Notes under the pieces: model-generated
Told to the model about the DNA's origin: nothing
Seen by the model: only the letters and a program-made list of their open reading frames with translations
The model's database searches: none
Source: Eledone cirrhosa
Taxonomy: Eukaryota
Length of the DNA: 64,000 nucleotides
Reading direction: 5' to 3'
NCBI GenBank assembly: GCA_964016885.1
Contig: OZ024758.1
Span: 25,420,001 to 25,484,000 of the forward strand
Shown here: one piece after another, positions 50,068-64,000 of the stretch
Position numbering within the stretch: the stretch's first letter is position 1
How the letters are laid out: the number at the start of each line of letters is the position of its first letter
Made by a program: the position numbers and the translations under genes

Positions 50068-52312
50068 CATCATCATCATCATCGTTTAACGCCCATGTTC
50101 CACGCTTGCATGGGTTTGGACGGGAGTTTTCCCACTTGAGGCAAGAGTGATTGTCTTGCTCGCATAGGACGGGTTTTCTACGGCTGGATGCCCTTCCTAA
50201 CACCAACCACGTTTACAGTGTGGACTGGGAGGTTTTTACCGTGTTACCTACACGGCCACATTACAGCGTGGACTGTGTGTTTTGTTGTCATGACACCTAC
50301 ATGACTACATTTGTTTCGGACTGGATGTTGTGGTACCAACATAACTTTACATTGAAAGGGGTGGGGGTAGTGGGACGGGTGTGTATTTTTGTTAGAGGTG
50401 CCTACTGACTGTAGGTTTTGCTTTGTACTTAGGCAAGGCGGGTCTTCTGTATTACTGTGTAGCGCCAAAGATCTCAGTCCAGTGACATTGTCTTGGAGAG
50501 GTGTAAGTGTGTGAGGTCGGAATTTATCAAGTCGTCCCAGGTTTTTCTGAGTCTGCCTACTCCGTGGCTACCGTCTATTTTTATTGCCCTGCACTTTTTT
50601 ATACAGCTGTCGTCTTTCATGCGCCTCACGTGACCATACCAACATAGTCTTCTCTCGAGTAAACATCTGATCCGTCTTATTTCTAATTTTTCCCTTAGTT
50701 CGTTTATGCTTTGCCGTTCACGTATATTACTATTACACATCCAGCGGAGCATGCAAGCTTCGTTCCTCTCCAGTCTCCATATATCCTCTGCACACAATGC
50801 CCAGGTCTCACTGCCATGTAACATTGCTGTTTGTATGCATGCATCATACAGCCTGCCTTTCATTTTTAGAGAGAACCCTTTAGCGGCTAATAGTGGTATA
50901 AGCTCTCTGAACTTTTTCCATCCAGTTCTGACTCTAGCTACTGTACTTTCAGAGCACCCTCCCCCACTGCTGATTTTGTCACCCATGTAACGGGAGGTGT
51001 CCTCTATTTCTATAGAACCATCTGTGCAATGGAATGAGCTAGTATTCTGTGGGCACTTGCTGCTACTTATTGCACCAGAGCACCGGCCTCATATAAAATC
51101 TATGTTCTTAGTTGGCTTACCTGTGATCCCACTACATCTTTTATGCACCCATACTTTGCATTTGGGACATAAAATGGAGTTTCTACCTACTCCTTTCCTA
51201 CACACTGAGCATGGCCATTTCCCAGATGGGACCGGTGCCCTATTTTCCTTCCTACAAACTAGAACTTTAGTCTTAGACAGGTTAATTTTAAGGCTTTTTG
51301 ATTCTAGGCCATGCTTCCATGTTTGGAATTTCTTCTCTAGTTCAGCCATTGATTCAGCTATGAGCGTTAGATCATCTGCGTATAGGAGTTCCCATGGGCA
51401 GCCGGTCTTGAACTCCACTGTTATAGCCTGAAGGGCAATAATAAATAGTAGGGGGCTAAGAACGGAGCCTTGATGAACACCAACTTTTACGCTAAACTCT
51501 TCACTATATTCGTTGTTAATTCTAACCTTGCTGACTGTTTCTTTATACATGGCTTGTATAGCTCTCACAAGCCATTCATCAACACCTAGTTTTCTAAGAG
51601 CCCACCAGATAATGGAACGGGGGACTCTGTCAAAGGCTTTCTCCAAGTCGACAAAAGCTAAGTATAGGGGTTTACTTTTAGCTAGGTACTTCTCCTGTAG
51701 TTGTCGTACAATGAAAAGAGCGTCTGTGGTACTTATACCTGACACAAACCCGAACTGCATTTCATTTAGATCAATTCGCTCTCTGATTAGTTGCGCTATT
51801 ACTTTTTCTGTGACCTTCATGACCTGGTCGATTAATTTAATGCCTCTATAGTTACCCCTATCTAGGGCATCTCCTTTACCCTTGTAGCAGTTAATGGTGA
51901 TGCTGCTACGCCAGTCCTTCGGAACAACCCCATTCTGTATGACTTGGTTTACTATCCGGGTGACCATGGTGTGTCCCACTGTTCCAGAAGCTTTCAGCAT
52001 TTCAGCAACTATTTCCGAAGGCCCAGCCGCCTTACCCGTCTTCATATCTTTGATTGCCTTACTTATTATACTACCTTCGACTAACACTGCTGGTCCCTCT
52101 ATTGGATCGATCTGGGGGAGACTGTCTTTCTCCCATTTATTCTCCTCATTTAGTAGCCTTTCATAGTGACACTTCCAAGCTACCTTCTTATCAGTGTCAG
52201 TGATGGCAAGTACGCCATCATCATTAAGGACACACTTCTCCCCGACAATATCACGGTTTTCCTTGACACATTGCCTGGCAATCCTGAACACCTCACGTTT
52301 TTGGTCCTCGTG
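50068..52312 (-). mobile_element. 5'-truncated RTE LINE with full RT domain, inserted in the satellite
   Basis: RT motifs NYRGIKL, QFGF, FVDLEKAFD, GVHQGSVLSP, YADD; 3'UTR and (GAT)n tail. Confidence 0.97.
50474..52291 (-). pseudogene. RTE ORF2 (RT, PHD finger, thumb) with in-frame stops
   Basis: ORFs 51089-52291 and 50474-50986 share a frame. There is TGA at a PHD Cys and CGA>TGA near the C-terminus relative to the 21341 copy. Confidence 0.94.
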
Positions 52313-54989
52313 AAATTTTTCAGCTAATAATATATATATATAAACTGCAATTCTTCAGCTAATAATATATATATATTAACTGCAATTCTTCAGCTAATAA
52401 TATATATATTAATTACAATTCTCCAGCTAATAATATATATATATTAATTACAATTCTTCAGCTGATAATATATATATTAATTACAATTCTTCAGCTAATA
52501 ATATATATATATTAACTGCAATTCTTCAGCTAATAATATATATATATTAATTGCAATTCTTCAGCTAATAATATATATATATTAATTACAATTCTTCAGC
52601 TGATAATATATATATTAATTACAATTCTCCAGCTAATAATATATATATATTAACTGCAATTCTTCAGCTAATAATATATATATATTAATTACAATTCTCC
52701 AGCTAATAATATATATATATTAATTACAATTCTCCAGCTAATAATATATATATATTAATTACAATTCTTCAGCTAATAATATATATATATTAATTACAAT
52801 TCTCCAGCTAATAATATATATATATTAATTACAATTCTCCAGCTAATAATATATATATATTAACTGCAATTCTTCAGCTAATAATATATATATATTAATT
52901 GCAATTCTTCAGCTGATAATATATATATATTAATTACAATTCTTCAGCTAATAATATATATATATTAATTACAATTCTTCAGCTAGTAAGATATATATAT
53001 TAATTACAATTCTCCAGCTAATAATATATATATATTAATTACAATTCTCCAGCTAATAATATATATATATTAACTGCAATTCTTCAGCTAATAATATATA
53101 TATATATTAATTGCAATTCTTCAGCTGATAATATATATATATTAATTACAATTCTTCAGCTAATAATATATATATATTAATTACAATTCTTCAGCTAATA
53201 ATATATATATATTAATTACAATTCTTCAGCTAGTAAGATATATATATTAATTACAATTCTCCAGCTAATAATATATATATATTAATTACAATTCTCCAGC
53301 TAATAATATATATATATTAACTGCAATTCTTCAGCTAATAATATATATATATTAATTACAATTCTCCAGCTAATAATATATATATATTAATTACAATTCT
53401 TCAGCTGATAATATATATATATTAATTACAATTCTTCAGCTAATAATATATATATATATTAACTGCAATTCTTCAGCTAATAATATATATATATTAACTG
53501 CATTTCTTCAGCTAATGATATATATATATTAATTACAATTCTCCAGCTAATAATATATATATATTAATTACAATTCTCCAGCTAATAATATATATATATT
53601 AATTACAATTCTTCAGCTAATAATATATATATATTAACTGCAATTCTTCAGCTAATAATATATATATATTAATTACAATTCTTCAGCTAATAATATATAT
53701 ATATTAATTACAATTCTTCAGCTAATAATATATATAAATTACAATTCTCCAGCTAATAATATATATATATTAACTGCAATTCTTCAGCTAATAATATATA
53801 TATATTAATTACAATTCTTCAGCTAATAATATATATATATTAATTACAATTCTCCAGCTAATAATATATATATATTAACTGCAATTCTTCAGCTAATAAT
53901 ATATATATATTAATTACAATTCTTCAGCTAATAATATATATATATTAATTACAATTCTTCAGCTAATAATATATATAAATTACAATTCTCCAGCTAATAA
54001 TATATATATATTAACTGCAATTCTTCAGCTAATAATATATATATATTAATTACAATTCTTCAGCTAATAATATATATATATATTAACTGCAATTCTTCAG
54101 CTAATAATATATATATATTAACTGCATTTCTTCAGCTAATGATATATATATATTAATTACAATTCTTCAGCTAATAATATATATATATTAACTGCAATTC
54201 TTCAGCTAATAATATATATATATTAATTACAATTCTTCAGCTAATAATATATATATATTAACTGCAATTCTTCAGCTAATAATATATATATATTAACTGC
54301 AATTCTTCAGCTAATAATATATATATATATATTAACTACAATTCTTCAGCTAATAATATATATATATATTAACTGCAATTCTTCAGCTAATAATATATAT
54401 ATATATATATAAGGCAGATGATCCAAATGAAGTCTTGCAGTGTGAGATTGAACCTATTTTGTTTATTTTAAAAGGCAGCAGCATAAACAAGAGTTCTAAA
54501 GAAAACAGTTTCAATTTCATATTACAAAATTTTAATTAATTGGATCATCATCATCGTCATAATCATCCTCATTGTTTTTATGCCATATTTTCTATGTTTT
54601 TATATATTATTAGCTGAAGAGTTGCAGCTCACTAAAGGTTAAGCATTACACTGCATTTTGACCAAAATACTTAACTTTCTCTAGCTTATCCCATCTAACT
54701 GTAGATAGTATAGGTATACCATGTATGGGTATAAACTCTATTTGAAGAGAAGATTTAATATTGATGGCAAATATTGGTTTCTGATTTAGGCACAAGGCCA
54801 ACAATTTTGGGGGAAGGGGTAGGTTGATAAAATCGGTCCCCAGTGCATTGCTGGTACTTTATTTTATCAGACCTGTAAGAATGAAAGGTAAAGTTAACCT
54901 CGGCGAGATTGGAACTCGGGTTGTATGACATATGAAACAAAGTTAACCCCAGCATAATCTAAACATATAAATTTGAAACATCAACCCAG

Positions 54990-55285
54990 GTAAATATCTT
55001 GTCCAGCATTCTATGCTTTAGACCACAACCTAATATATAAAGTAATAAAAATAAAACATCAATTTTAGTAGCATAAATATCTTGTCCAGTATTCTATCCT
55101 TTGGACTACAACCTAATATATAAAGTAATAAAAATGATATATCAATTTTAGTAGTATAAATATCTTGTCCAGCATTCTATCCTTTGGACCACAACCTAAT
55201 ATATAAAGTAATAAAAATGAAATATCAATTTTAGTAGCATAAATATATTGTCCAGCATTCTATCCTTTAGACCACAACCTAATTT
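54990..55285. repeat. ~84-bp minisatellite (about 3.5 copies)
   Basis: taaatatcttgtccagcattctatcctttggaccacaacctaatatataaag repeated. Confidence 0.9.
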
Positions 55286-55575
55286 AAAACATAAATATGA
55301 ATATAATTATCTGATGCAATGCAGATGTGAGACAATATTCTAAATGTGAAACAAGTAAATGATTGGATGTAAAATAGAAGAGCTGTATGTTGGCGTGTAC
55401 TGATCTGAAGCGCAGGTTAACCTTCTAATTAGGGTCCCATGGGGATGAAAAACAATTACATTCTATTTTCTTCTTTTCCTGCAAAGAATTCAACCTGAAA
55501 CATGGCCTACCATCATACATTTTCATTTTTATTTCCAATATAATTCAGGTCTAAACAGACCATCACAATTCTTGT

Positions 55576-55610
<35 letters not shown>

Positions 55611-56036
55611 TTCATTTTACGTCCACTTTTTCCTTGCTTGCAAGGGTGGGGCGGGAACTGATTCTGGCTTGATTTCTACAGCTGGATGCCCTTCCTAAAA
55701 CCAACCTCATTTACAGTGAGTGCTGGGTGCTTTTTTGCCATGGCACCTCCATGACCACTTTACGGTGTGGGCTGGGTGCTTTTTTGCCGTGGCACCTCCA
55801 TGACCACTTTACGGTGTGGGCTGGGTGCTTTTTTGCCATGGCACCTCCACGACCACTTTACAGTGGAATGATAGGGACCCCTGTCCCTATCATCTCATTT
55901 CTACAGCTGAGTAAACTGGAGCAATGTGAAATAAAGTGTCTTGCTCAAGGAAACAACACATCACCCGGTCTGAGAATTGAACTCACAACCTGTGGATTGC
56001 AAGGCCAATGCTCTAACCACTAAGCCATGTGCCTCC
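55576..56036 (-). mobile_element. SINE B with triplicated 49-bp tail motif
   Basis: Full-length copy. Confidence 0.92.
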
Positions 56037-56061
56037 TATCTATCCTGATATTATATAATAT

Positions 56062-56472
56062 ACTCACTGTAAATGAGGTTGGTGTTAGGAAGGGCATCCA
56101 GCTGTAGAAATCAAGCCAGAATCAATTCCTGTATGAGCAAGACATGGTCAGTCGGCCGGCTACTGCACACAACAGGACAACCCGTCTAACCCATGCTAGC
56201 ATGGAAGAACTGACGTAAAACGGTGATGTGCTGATATATATATATATATTATGTCGGTACCACAAAACATGCAGCCCACACTGTAAAGAGGTTGTGAAGG
56301 TGTCATGACAAAAAGCACCCAGCCCACTCTGTAAATCTGGTTGGCATTAGGAAGGGTATTCAGTCCTATATGAGTGAGACACGGTCACCCGACCCAACTT
56401 GCCTCTAACGGGACAAACCCATCTAACCCATGCTAGCATGGAAGATAGACGTTAAACGATGATGATGATGAT
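56062..56472 (+). mobile_element. Two RTE 3'UTR fragments
   Basis: ttaggaagggcatccag and ctaacccatgctagcatggaaga..(GAT)n. Confidence 0.82.
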
Positions 56473-57357
56473 ACCATCTTCTAACCCGCTACTTTATAAT
56501 AACTGTTTTTTACATTGGCATAAATGTTTGTTAATACAAGACAAAGGAATAAGCAGTAATACTTAGACTTTTCCCAAAGGTTTTAGTGATGTAATTCAAA
56601 TGAAGTTGTTAAAAGCAAGTATTGAAACCAGATTGTGAATTTGGCTCATCTTAAACTTTATAATGCTTGGCATGTAATCCTTTATAGCAAAGAACACAAG
56701 ACAAGTGATCAAAATAGATTCATAATTATCTTTAGATATTTCCCATTGTATCATTGTCTTTGTTGTTGTAATAGCTACATTCCTATCCAATTCATAAGAG
56801 GAAAAATAAAAAGACTTTTGAGAAAGATATAATTAACAGGTGTGAATAGCTTATAGAAGGAATAAACAGTTATCATTTGTAACCAATACCCTGATAGTCT
56901 GATAAGGCAATCAGATACATACACACATACTCACACACACTGACACACAGACAGACACACACACACTGACACCCACAAAAAGAAGCAATAAATGATAGGC
57001 TGAAACATAAGTTTTTCACAAAAAATATTATCGGATGGATAAGTAAAATATTTTTCCAAGATTTTATCCGATATTTCTAAAGTGATATGGGAGTTATCAA
57101 CAAAGTAACAACTTCATTTACAAATTGATATCTTAAACTTTGCAAGAATATCATTTATTTTTTGCTTTCTTTTTAAATGTAATCTTGAATGTGGCATCGA
57201 AAATAAATGTTGTTAGATTTGGCAGAGCTTACATGAATAAATAAATGTTTTGGGAATTGCAGAACTGCATATTTTCTGATAAGAAGATTATATTTTTCTA
57301 CTGGCTGCATTCATCCAGCATCACAGCCGTATTTAGCCATATTATCTCTTCAAATAG

Positions 57358-58060
57358 CCGCCGAGGTTAACTTTGCCTTTCATCCTTTTGAGGTCGATAA
57401 AAAAAAAAAAAAAAAGTACCAGTCTAGTACTGGGGTTGATTCTTTCCCTCTCTGGAAGAAATCTGCTATGCTCAGGCCTGGAGAGGAATGGGCTCAGCCA
57501 GGCTTAAAATGCCCAAGAAACGCTGTATGTCAATACGTCGCTCCTACGACTCTGTCAGGAGTTATGGGACCATACCATCTCTTTATGACTAGGTGTTCTG
57601 GAATATTAAGTCAAGTGTTTTGGGCATGGACCACATTAGTGATAAAAACACAGTATTTGTATTTATTGTTTGTTTGGTTCAGATTGAAGAGATGATGTTT
57701 TTTGAGAGGTATTGTCAGACAGACAGACAGACAGGGTAGTTAGAACGTCAGATAGAATGCTTTGCAGTGTTTGTTTCAGCTCTCTGCTCTGTGAGTTCAA
57801 ATCCTACCAAGGTCAACTTTGCTTTTCATTCAATCCAGTTCGATAAAATATGTACCAGTCAAGTACTGAGGTCGATTTTTCCTCTACATCTCTTTCTCAC
57901 TTCAATTCTCTCACTTTCTATCCTTCTCTGGAAGAAATCTGCTGTATTCAGACCTGGAGAGGAGATGAGCTCCACCAAGTTTAAAAATACCCTAGAAATG
58001 TCATATGTCAATGCAGCATCCCTATGACTCCCTCAGGAGTTATAATTCCATGCCATGCCA
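57358..58060 (+). mobile_element. Two SINE C copies
   Basis: Core plus shared tail, ending ccataccat / ccatgccat. Confidence 0.78.
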
Positions 58061-58474
58061 TTGTAGAAATATGTTGAAATGTTGTCAATAAGTTAAACTG
58101 TTTAACCCTTTTGTTATTAATATGCCTGAAACTGTCCCTGGTTCTGCAGTGCAAAACTCCTTGTGTTAAAGTGTTTATATTTACCTAAAAAATCTATCAT
58201 TTTAATATTATGTAAGGACTTTTGTCACATTATGTTGTAAATGCCAGTTTAATAATAATTGTTTCTAACATAGGCACAAAACCAGCAATTTCAGGGGAAG
58301 GGCATGTTAATTTAATTGCCCCTAGTTATTTCACTGGTACTTTATTTTCTCGACCCTGTCAGATGGAAAGGCAAAGTTCATCTCAGAATATAAAGAGCCA
58401 AAACAAACAACACAAAACATTTGTCTGATGCTCTACTGTTTCTGCCAATCTACTGTTCTCTCACAACATCTTAA

Positions 58475-58725
58475 TCATCATCATCATCATCATCATCCGG
58501 CAGCCTCAGCCGAAATTAACTCAACAATTGATCTCCACGTGAGTCTATCATTGCCGTTGTCAAGTCCTGGATTTCAATACCAGAATCTCTGGAGATAACA
58601 TTGGGGTAGGAGAGCTTGCGACCCCTGTTATTACTGACTGTTTGTGGTTTCCAAAGCACTAGTGATGATACAGCGTCATAAGTGGCACAATGGCAGTGGC
58701 CAGCAAATCTTACTCTCCTTTTACA
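58475..58725 (-). pseudogene. RTE-type LINE 3' fragment (fourth family)
   Basis: RRVRFAGHC...VLWKP...RGR...Y.N.I..D.G; (GAT)n tail. Confidence 0.75.
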
Positions 58726-58737
58726 TACAACATACAT

Positions 58738-59073
58738 GGAGGCACATGGCTTAGTGGTTAGAGCATTGGCCTTGCAATCGAAAGGTTGTGAGTTCAATTC
58801 TCAGACTGGGTGATATGTTGTTTCCTTGAGCAAGACACTTTATTTCACATTGCTCCAGTTTACTCAGCTGTAGAAATGAGATGATAGAACTGGGGTCCCT
58901 ATCATTCCACTGCAAAGTGGTCGTGGAAGCGCCACGGAAAAAAAAACCACCCAGCACTCACTGTAAATGAGGTTGGTGTTAGGAAGGGCATCCAGCTGTA
59001 GAAATCAAGCCAGAATCAGTTCCCGTCCCACCCTTGCAAGCAGGGAAAATCGGACATAAAATGATGATGATGA
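58738..59073 (+). mobile_element. SINE family B
   Basis: Full-length copy. Confidence 0.92.
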
Positions 59074-59500
59074 TACATCTTAATAAATTATTTATATTAC
59101 TAAATTATTTATATTTTTAAATGTTTTGAAAATCCTAGGATGGGGAGTCTTCCATTAAGAATATGGTAATGAAAGGGTCAAGGTCTGTTAGACCTGTTGT
59201 TGGAAGGGTTATGTAAGTTGGTATGACTGTAGCTATGTTCCATCATGTGGGTATTTACTGTATACTACGATACAGATAAACAGTGTTTAGGGAGGTTTGT
59301 CATTTATTATGGTTTGACGCAGAGGAATTAAAAGTTCAGACAGAACAAATTATTTATCAACTGTCAGTCTTTATTTAAAAATTGTTTTCCCCAAACTCTG
59401 TGCCAGAGAATAATTGTAGCATTTTCATTTTAATTATGTCCTGTGTAATGCCAAAGTTTTTAGACTTTTGTGATCGGGAATGTTGGTTTTACTGAATAAT

Positions 59501-59945
59501 TTAACCCTTTAGCATTCACATTATTTTATATATGCTATTATATTTTCAAGGTAAAGGCTTTACCTCACATAGTTATCTCACATAATATCGAATCTATGAG
59601 ATTTTGAAAGTATTTATTTTGAGAACAATACCTTAACATCAGTATGAGTGACCAGTTACAGCCAGTTTCAACAGAAAGAGGTAGAGAATTCTGGCCGGCC
59701 GGTTTGAACACTAAAGGGTTAACCCTTTAGCATTTATATTTCTCTATATTTACTATTGTAATTTCAAGGTAAAGGTTTTAACTTACATAATTATCTCACA
59801 TAATATCGAATCTGAGATTTTGATATTATTTATTTTGAGAACAATACCTTAACTTAAGTATGAGCAGCTGGTTTTTGCCAGTTTGAACAGAAAGATGTGA
59901 GAGAATTTTGGCCAGATACAGCCGGTTTAAATGCTAAAGGGTTAA
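59501..59945 (+). mobile_element. Two complete piggyBac-type MITEs sharing a central TTAA
   Basis: TTAA at 59501, 59719 and 59942, each with CCC/GGG termini. Confidence 0.92.
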
Positions 59946-60621
59946 AGGATACAAAAGAATTTTTTCCAAATGTTGCCAAATGAACAGTGTGTAGAGAGTT
60001 TTAGGAAAGTCATGGTTTTAATTTATACATTTGGAGTGTGGGTATACCTGAGATATGAGGAAGGGTATGCTGGTAATGGAAATGATGTGTAAATAATATT
60101 TGGGAGTGCTGGGAGGTCAAAAGAAGTAAGAAATAAAACAACTATTTTAGTTATAGGATTATCACTCAGAAAGGTAGATACATAGTTAAGTACTTAAGAA
60201 CTCCATTTTTTCGAGCTAATATGAGATGGATACATTCATAGTGTGACTTCACTCTAGTTATGTTCATCCAATTCTTATTACTTGTGTGTTTTACATGGCA
60301 CCAGCACTACCTCTTTAGAGAGTAGGCTAGGTGTATTTTATTGTGGCACCAGCACTACCACTTTATAAAGTGGACTGTGTGCTTTTTACATGGCACCAAC
60401 ATTACCACATTTCAAACTGAAAGTAGTATTTAAAAAAACAACACTTTAGCAAGATATATACTTTTCATATAAAGTCCTGCTTACCAAATCAAAAGGAACA
60501 TTTTATTTCACTAATTTGTCTATACAGGATGTCTATCAAGTCTTCTTCCTGTATTAAGAATTTATTCAGTAAAATTGCACGGCTAATTTAAATGCAGTAA
60601 ACCTAATAAAGCTTCTCAGCA

Positions 60622-60788
60622 TGTTTATAAGTTTTCTTTGATAAATAAAGCTGGCTCAATTTTATATAAGTTTTCTTTGATAAATAAAGCTGGCTCAATT
60701 TTATATAGGTTTTCTTTGATAAATAAAACTGGCTTAATTTTATATAAGTTTTCTTTGATAAATAAAGCTGGCTCGATTTTATATAAAA
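60622..60788. repeat. 39-bp minisatellite (x4)
   Basis: tataagttttctttgataaataaagctggctcaatttta repeated. Confidence 0.9.
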
Positions 60789-61619
60789 GGTTGCATTGCA
60801 ACTTAAGATATTTTCTTGGAGAAATACAGTGACCTTGTGGAGAAATTATTAGCCTTGTACTTTATACATTCTGACAAAAAATCATATCATACAAGGCCTA
60901 AAATATGTTAGTGGAATGGATATAGTCGTTTATATCAAGCTTTTTATGCAACCGGGACTTATTTTATTGACTCTGGAAAGACGAAGGGTGTAGTCAAACT
61001 TGGTGGGATTTGAACTCAGAAATTGAAAATACGTAACTAAATAGTGCCATACTGTTCCTTGTTCAGTTACCTACACACAAAAGGAAATAAATAAGACATG
61101 GCAGGAACATTTTAATATAAGTCTGAACATTTTCAAACAGACAATTTTGTATCATAGAACCAGGTGTAGTTCAAGTGGGTTAGTAATGAAAGGATTAAGT
61201 TTCTCTGGCTTATACCATGTGTAGTTACATACCATGTGTAGTTACAGCTCTTCGTTCCAAAGAGTTGAAACATTTTATAATTGGTAATCATTTCATTAGT
61301 TTATGTTAAGTTAAAATCTTTATGTAAAGGTAATCAGAAGCTACTTTAGTATTTAACTTCTGACTAGAATGTCTTACTGTTAAAATTAACATTAAATCTA
61401 GAGTCTAGTTCTAATGTTACTTGATACAATAGTTTGTGAGCAACAATTCCTCCATCATGGTGATTTCATATGCATCTAATTATTTTTATTTCCCTTTGTA
61501 AATCTCAATAAGAAGTTTTTTTCAAGATGTTTCTGTTGAATTTAGAAGATAAATTGTTGATGGTTCACAAAACCACTTTTATAGCCATTATAATTCATCC
61601 TATATTTTTTAAGACACAT

Positions 61620-64000
61620 CATAGTACCCATATCTAGGACTATGAGACATAGTACCTATATCTAGGACTATGAGACATAGAACCCATATCTAGGACTATG
61701 AGACATAGTACCTATATCTAGGACTATGAGACATAGTACCTATATCTAGGACTATGAGACATAGTACCTATATCTAGAACTATGAGACATAGTACCCATA
61801 TCTAGGACTATGGGACATAGTACCTATATCTAGGACTATGAGACATAGTACTAATATCTAGGACTATGAGACATAGTACCTATATCTAGGACTATGAGAC
61901 ATAGTACTAATATCTAGGACTATGAGACATAGTACCCATATCTAGGACTATGGGACATAGTACCTATATCTAGGACTATGAGACATAGTACCTATATCTA
62001 GGACTATGAGACATAGTACCTATATCTAGGACTATGAGACATAGTACTAATATCTAGGACTATGAGACATAGTACCCATATCTAGGACTATGGGACATAG
62101 TACCTATATCTAGGACTATGAGACATAGTACTAATATCTAGGACTATGAGACATAGTACCTATATCTAGGACTATGAGACATAGTACTAATATCTAGGAC
62201 TATGAGACATAGTACTAATATCTAGGACTATGAGACATAGTACCCATATCTAGGACTATGGGACATAGTACCTATATCTAGGACTATGGTACATAGTACC
62301 TATATCTAGGACTATGAGACATAGTACCCATATCTAGGACTATGAGACATAGTACCCATATCTAGGAATATGAGACATAGTACTAATATCTAGGACTATG
62401 AGACATAGTACCCATATTTAGGACTATGAGACATAGTACCTATATCTAGGACTATGAGACATAGTACTAATATCTAGGACTATGAGACATAGTACTAATA
62501 TCTAGGACTATGAGACATAGTACCCATATCTAGGACTATGAGACATAGTACCCATATCTAGGACTATGAGACATAGTACTAATATCTAGGACTATGAGAC
62601 ATAGTACCCATATCTAGGACTATGAGACATAGTACCCATATCTAGGACTATGAGACATAGTACCCATATCTAGGACTATGAGACATAGTACCCATATCTA
62701 GGACTATTGGACATAGTACCTATATCTAGGACTATGAGACATAGTACCCATATCTAGGACTATGAGACATAGTACTAATATCTAGGACTATGAGACATAG
62801 TACTAATATCTAGGACTATGAGACATAGTACCTATATCTAGGACTATGAGACATAGTACTAATATCTAGGACTATGAGACATAGTACTAATATCTAGGAC
62901 TATGAGACATAGTACCCATATCTAGGACTATGGGACATAGTACCTATATCTAGGACTATGAGACATAGTACCCATATCTAGGACTATGAGACATAGTACT
63001 AATATCTAGGACTATGAGACATAGTACCCATATCTAGGACTATGAGACATAGTACCTATATCTAGGACTATGAGACATAGTACTAATATCTAGGGCTATG
63101 AGACATAGTACTAATATCTAGGACTATGAGACATAGTACCCATATCTAGGACTATGAGACATAGTACCTATATCTAGGACTATGAGACATAGTACCCATA
63201 TCTAGGACTATGAGACATAGTACCTATATCTAGGACTATGAGACATAGTACTAATATCTAGGACTATGAGACATAGTACCCATATCTAGGACTATGGGAC
63301 ATAGTACCCATATCTAGGACTATGAGACATAGTACCTATATCTAGGACTATGAGACATAGTACTAATATCTAGTACTATGAGACATAGTACTAATATCTA
63401 GGACTATGAGACATAGTACCTATATCTAGGACTATGAGACATAGTACCTATATCTAGGACTATGAGACATAGTACTAATATCTAGGACTATGAGACATAG
63501 TACTAATATCTAGGACTATGAGGCATAGTACCTATATCTAGGACTATGAGACATAGTACTAATATCTAGGACTATTAGACATAGTAACTATATCTAGGAC
63601 TATGAGACATAGTACTAATATCTAGGACTATGAGACATAGTACCTATATCTAGGACTATGAGACATAGTACCCATATCTAGGACTATGGGACATAGTACC
63701 TATATCTAGGACTATGAGACATAGTACCTATATCTAGGACTATGAGACATAGTACCTATATCTAGGACTATGGGACATAGTACTAATATCTAGGACTATG
63801 AGACATAATACCCATATCTAGGACTATGAGACATAGTACCCATATCTAGGACTATGAGACATAGTACTAATATCTAGGACTATGAGACATAGTACCTATA
63901 TCTAGGACTATGAGACATAGTACCTATATCTAGGACTATGAGACATAGTACCTATATCTAGAACTATGAGACATAGTACCTATATCTAGGACTATGAGAC
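61620..64000. repeat. 28-bp satellite with hairpin-forming unit (open at window end)
   Basis: Unit catagtac(cta/cca/taa)tatctaggactatgaga, ~85 copies. Confidence 0.97.

Larger units (their letters stand above)
47862..54410. repeat. 35-bp AT-rich satellite with palindromic (TA)n core, interrupted by SINE A and RTE
   Basis: Unit cagctaataatatatatatattaattacaattct(t/c). Confidence 0.97.

Noticed and set aside
51089-51091. In-frame TGA at a PHD cysteine of the RTE
   Set aside because: The sister copy has TGT and this copy carries other disabling changes, so a simple mutation is more likely.
61620-64000. CRISPR-like 28-bp palindromic repeat (also the 33- and 35-bp arrays)
   Set aside because: Units are head-to-tail with no unique spacers, there are no cas genes, and the context is eukaryotic.

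Overview
This is AT-rich, repeat-dense eukaryotic DNA, most likely the intronic territory of a cephalopod (Octopus-like) gene. The taxon is inferred from the SINE/RTE families, not proven. Nearly all listed ORFs are artefacts of microsatellites, satellites or SINEs. Real protein-coding remnants are: three RTE-clade LINE copies (two retain a PHD finger inserted inside the RT), a 5'-truncated Penelope-like element (RT thumb plus GIY-YIG, Naiad-like) bracketed by ~590-bp inverted arms that each carry a minimal hammerhead ribozyme, a deleted Tc1/mariner, and CR1-type and CRE-type 3' fragments. One convincing host exon (31114-31264, +) resembles an ADAM/ADAMTS reprolysin prodomain. Non-coding elements include two or three tRNA-SINE families, TTAA (piggyBac-type), hAT and Tc1 MITEs, and many satellites, several visibly born from TE sub-sequences. 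The most striking pattern is a series of insertions in (TA)n tracts that share one architecture: (TA)n - inverted arm - arm - unique extension - (TA)n. It ranges from 56-bp, 96-bp and 428-bp near-perfect or perfect palindromes up to the 2.3-kb Penelope copy, which suggests a common fold-back integration mechanism.
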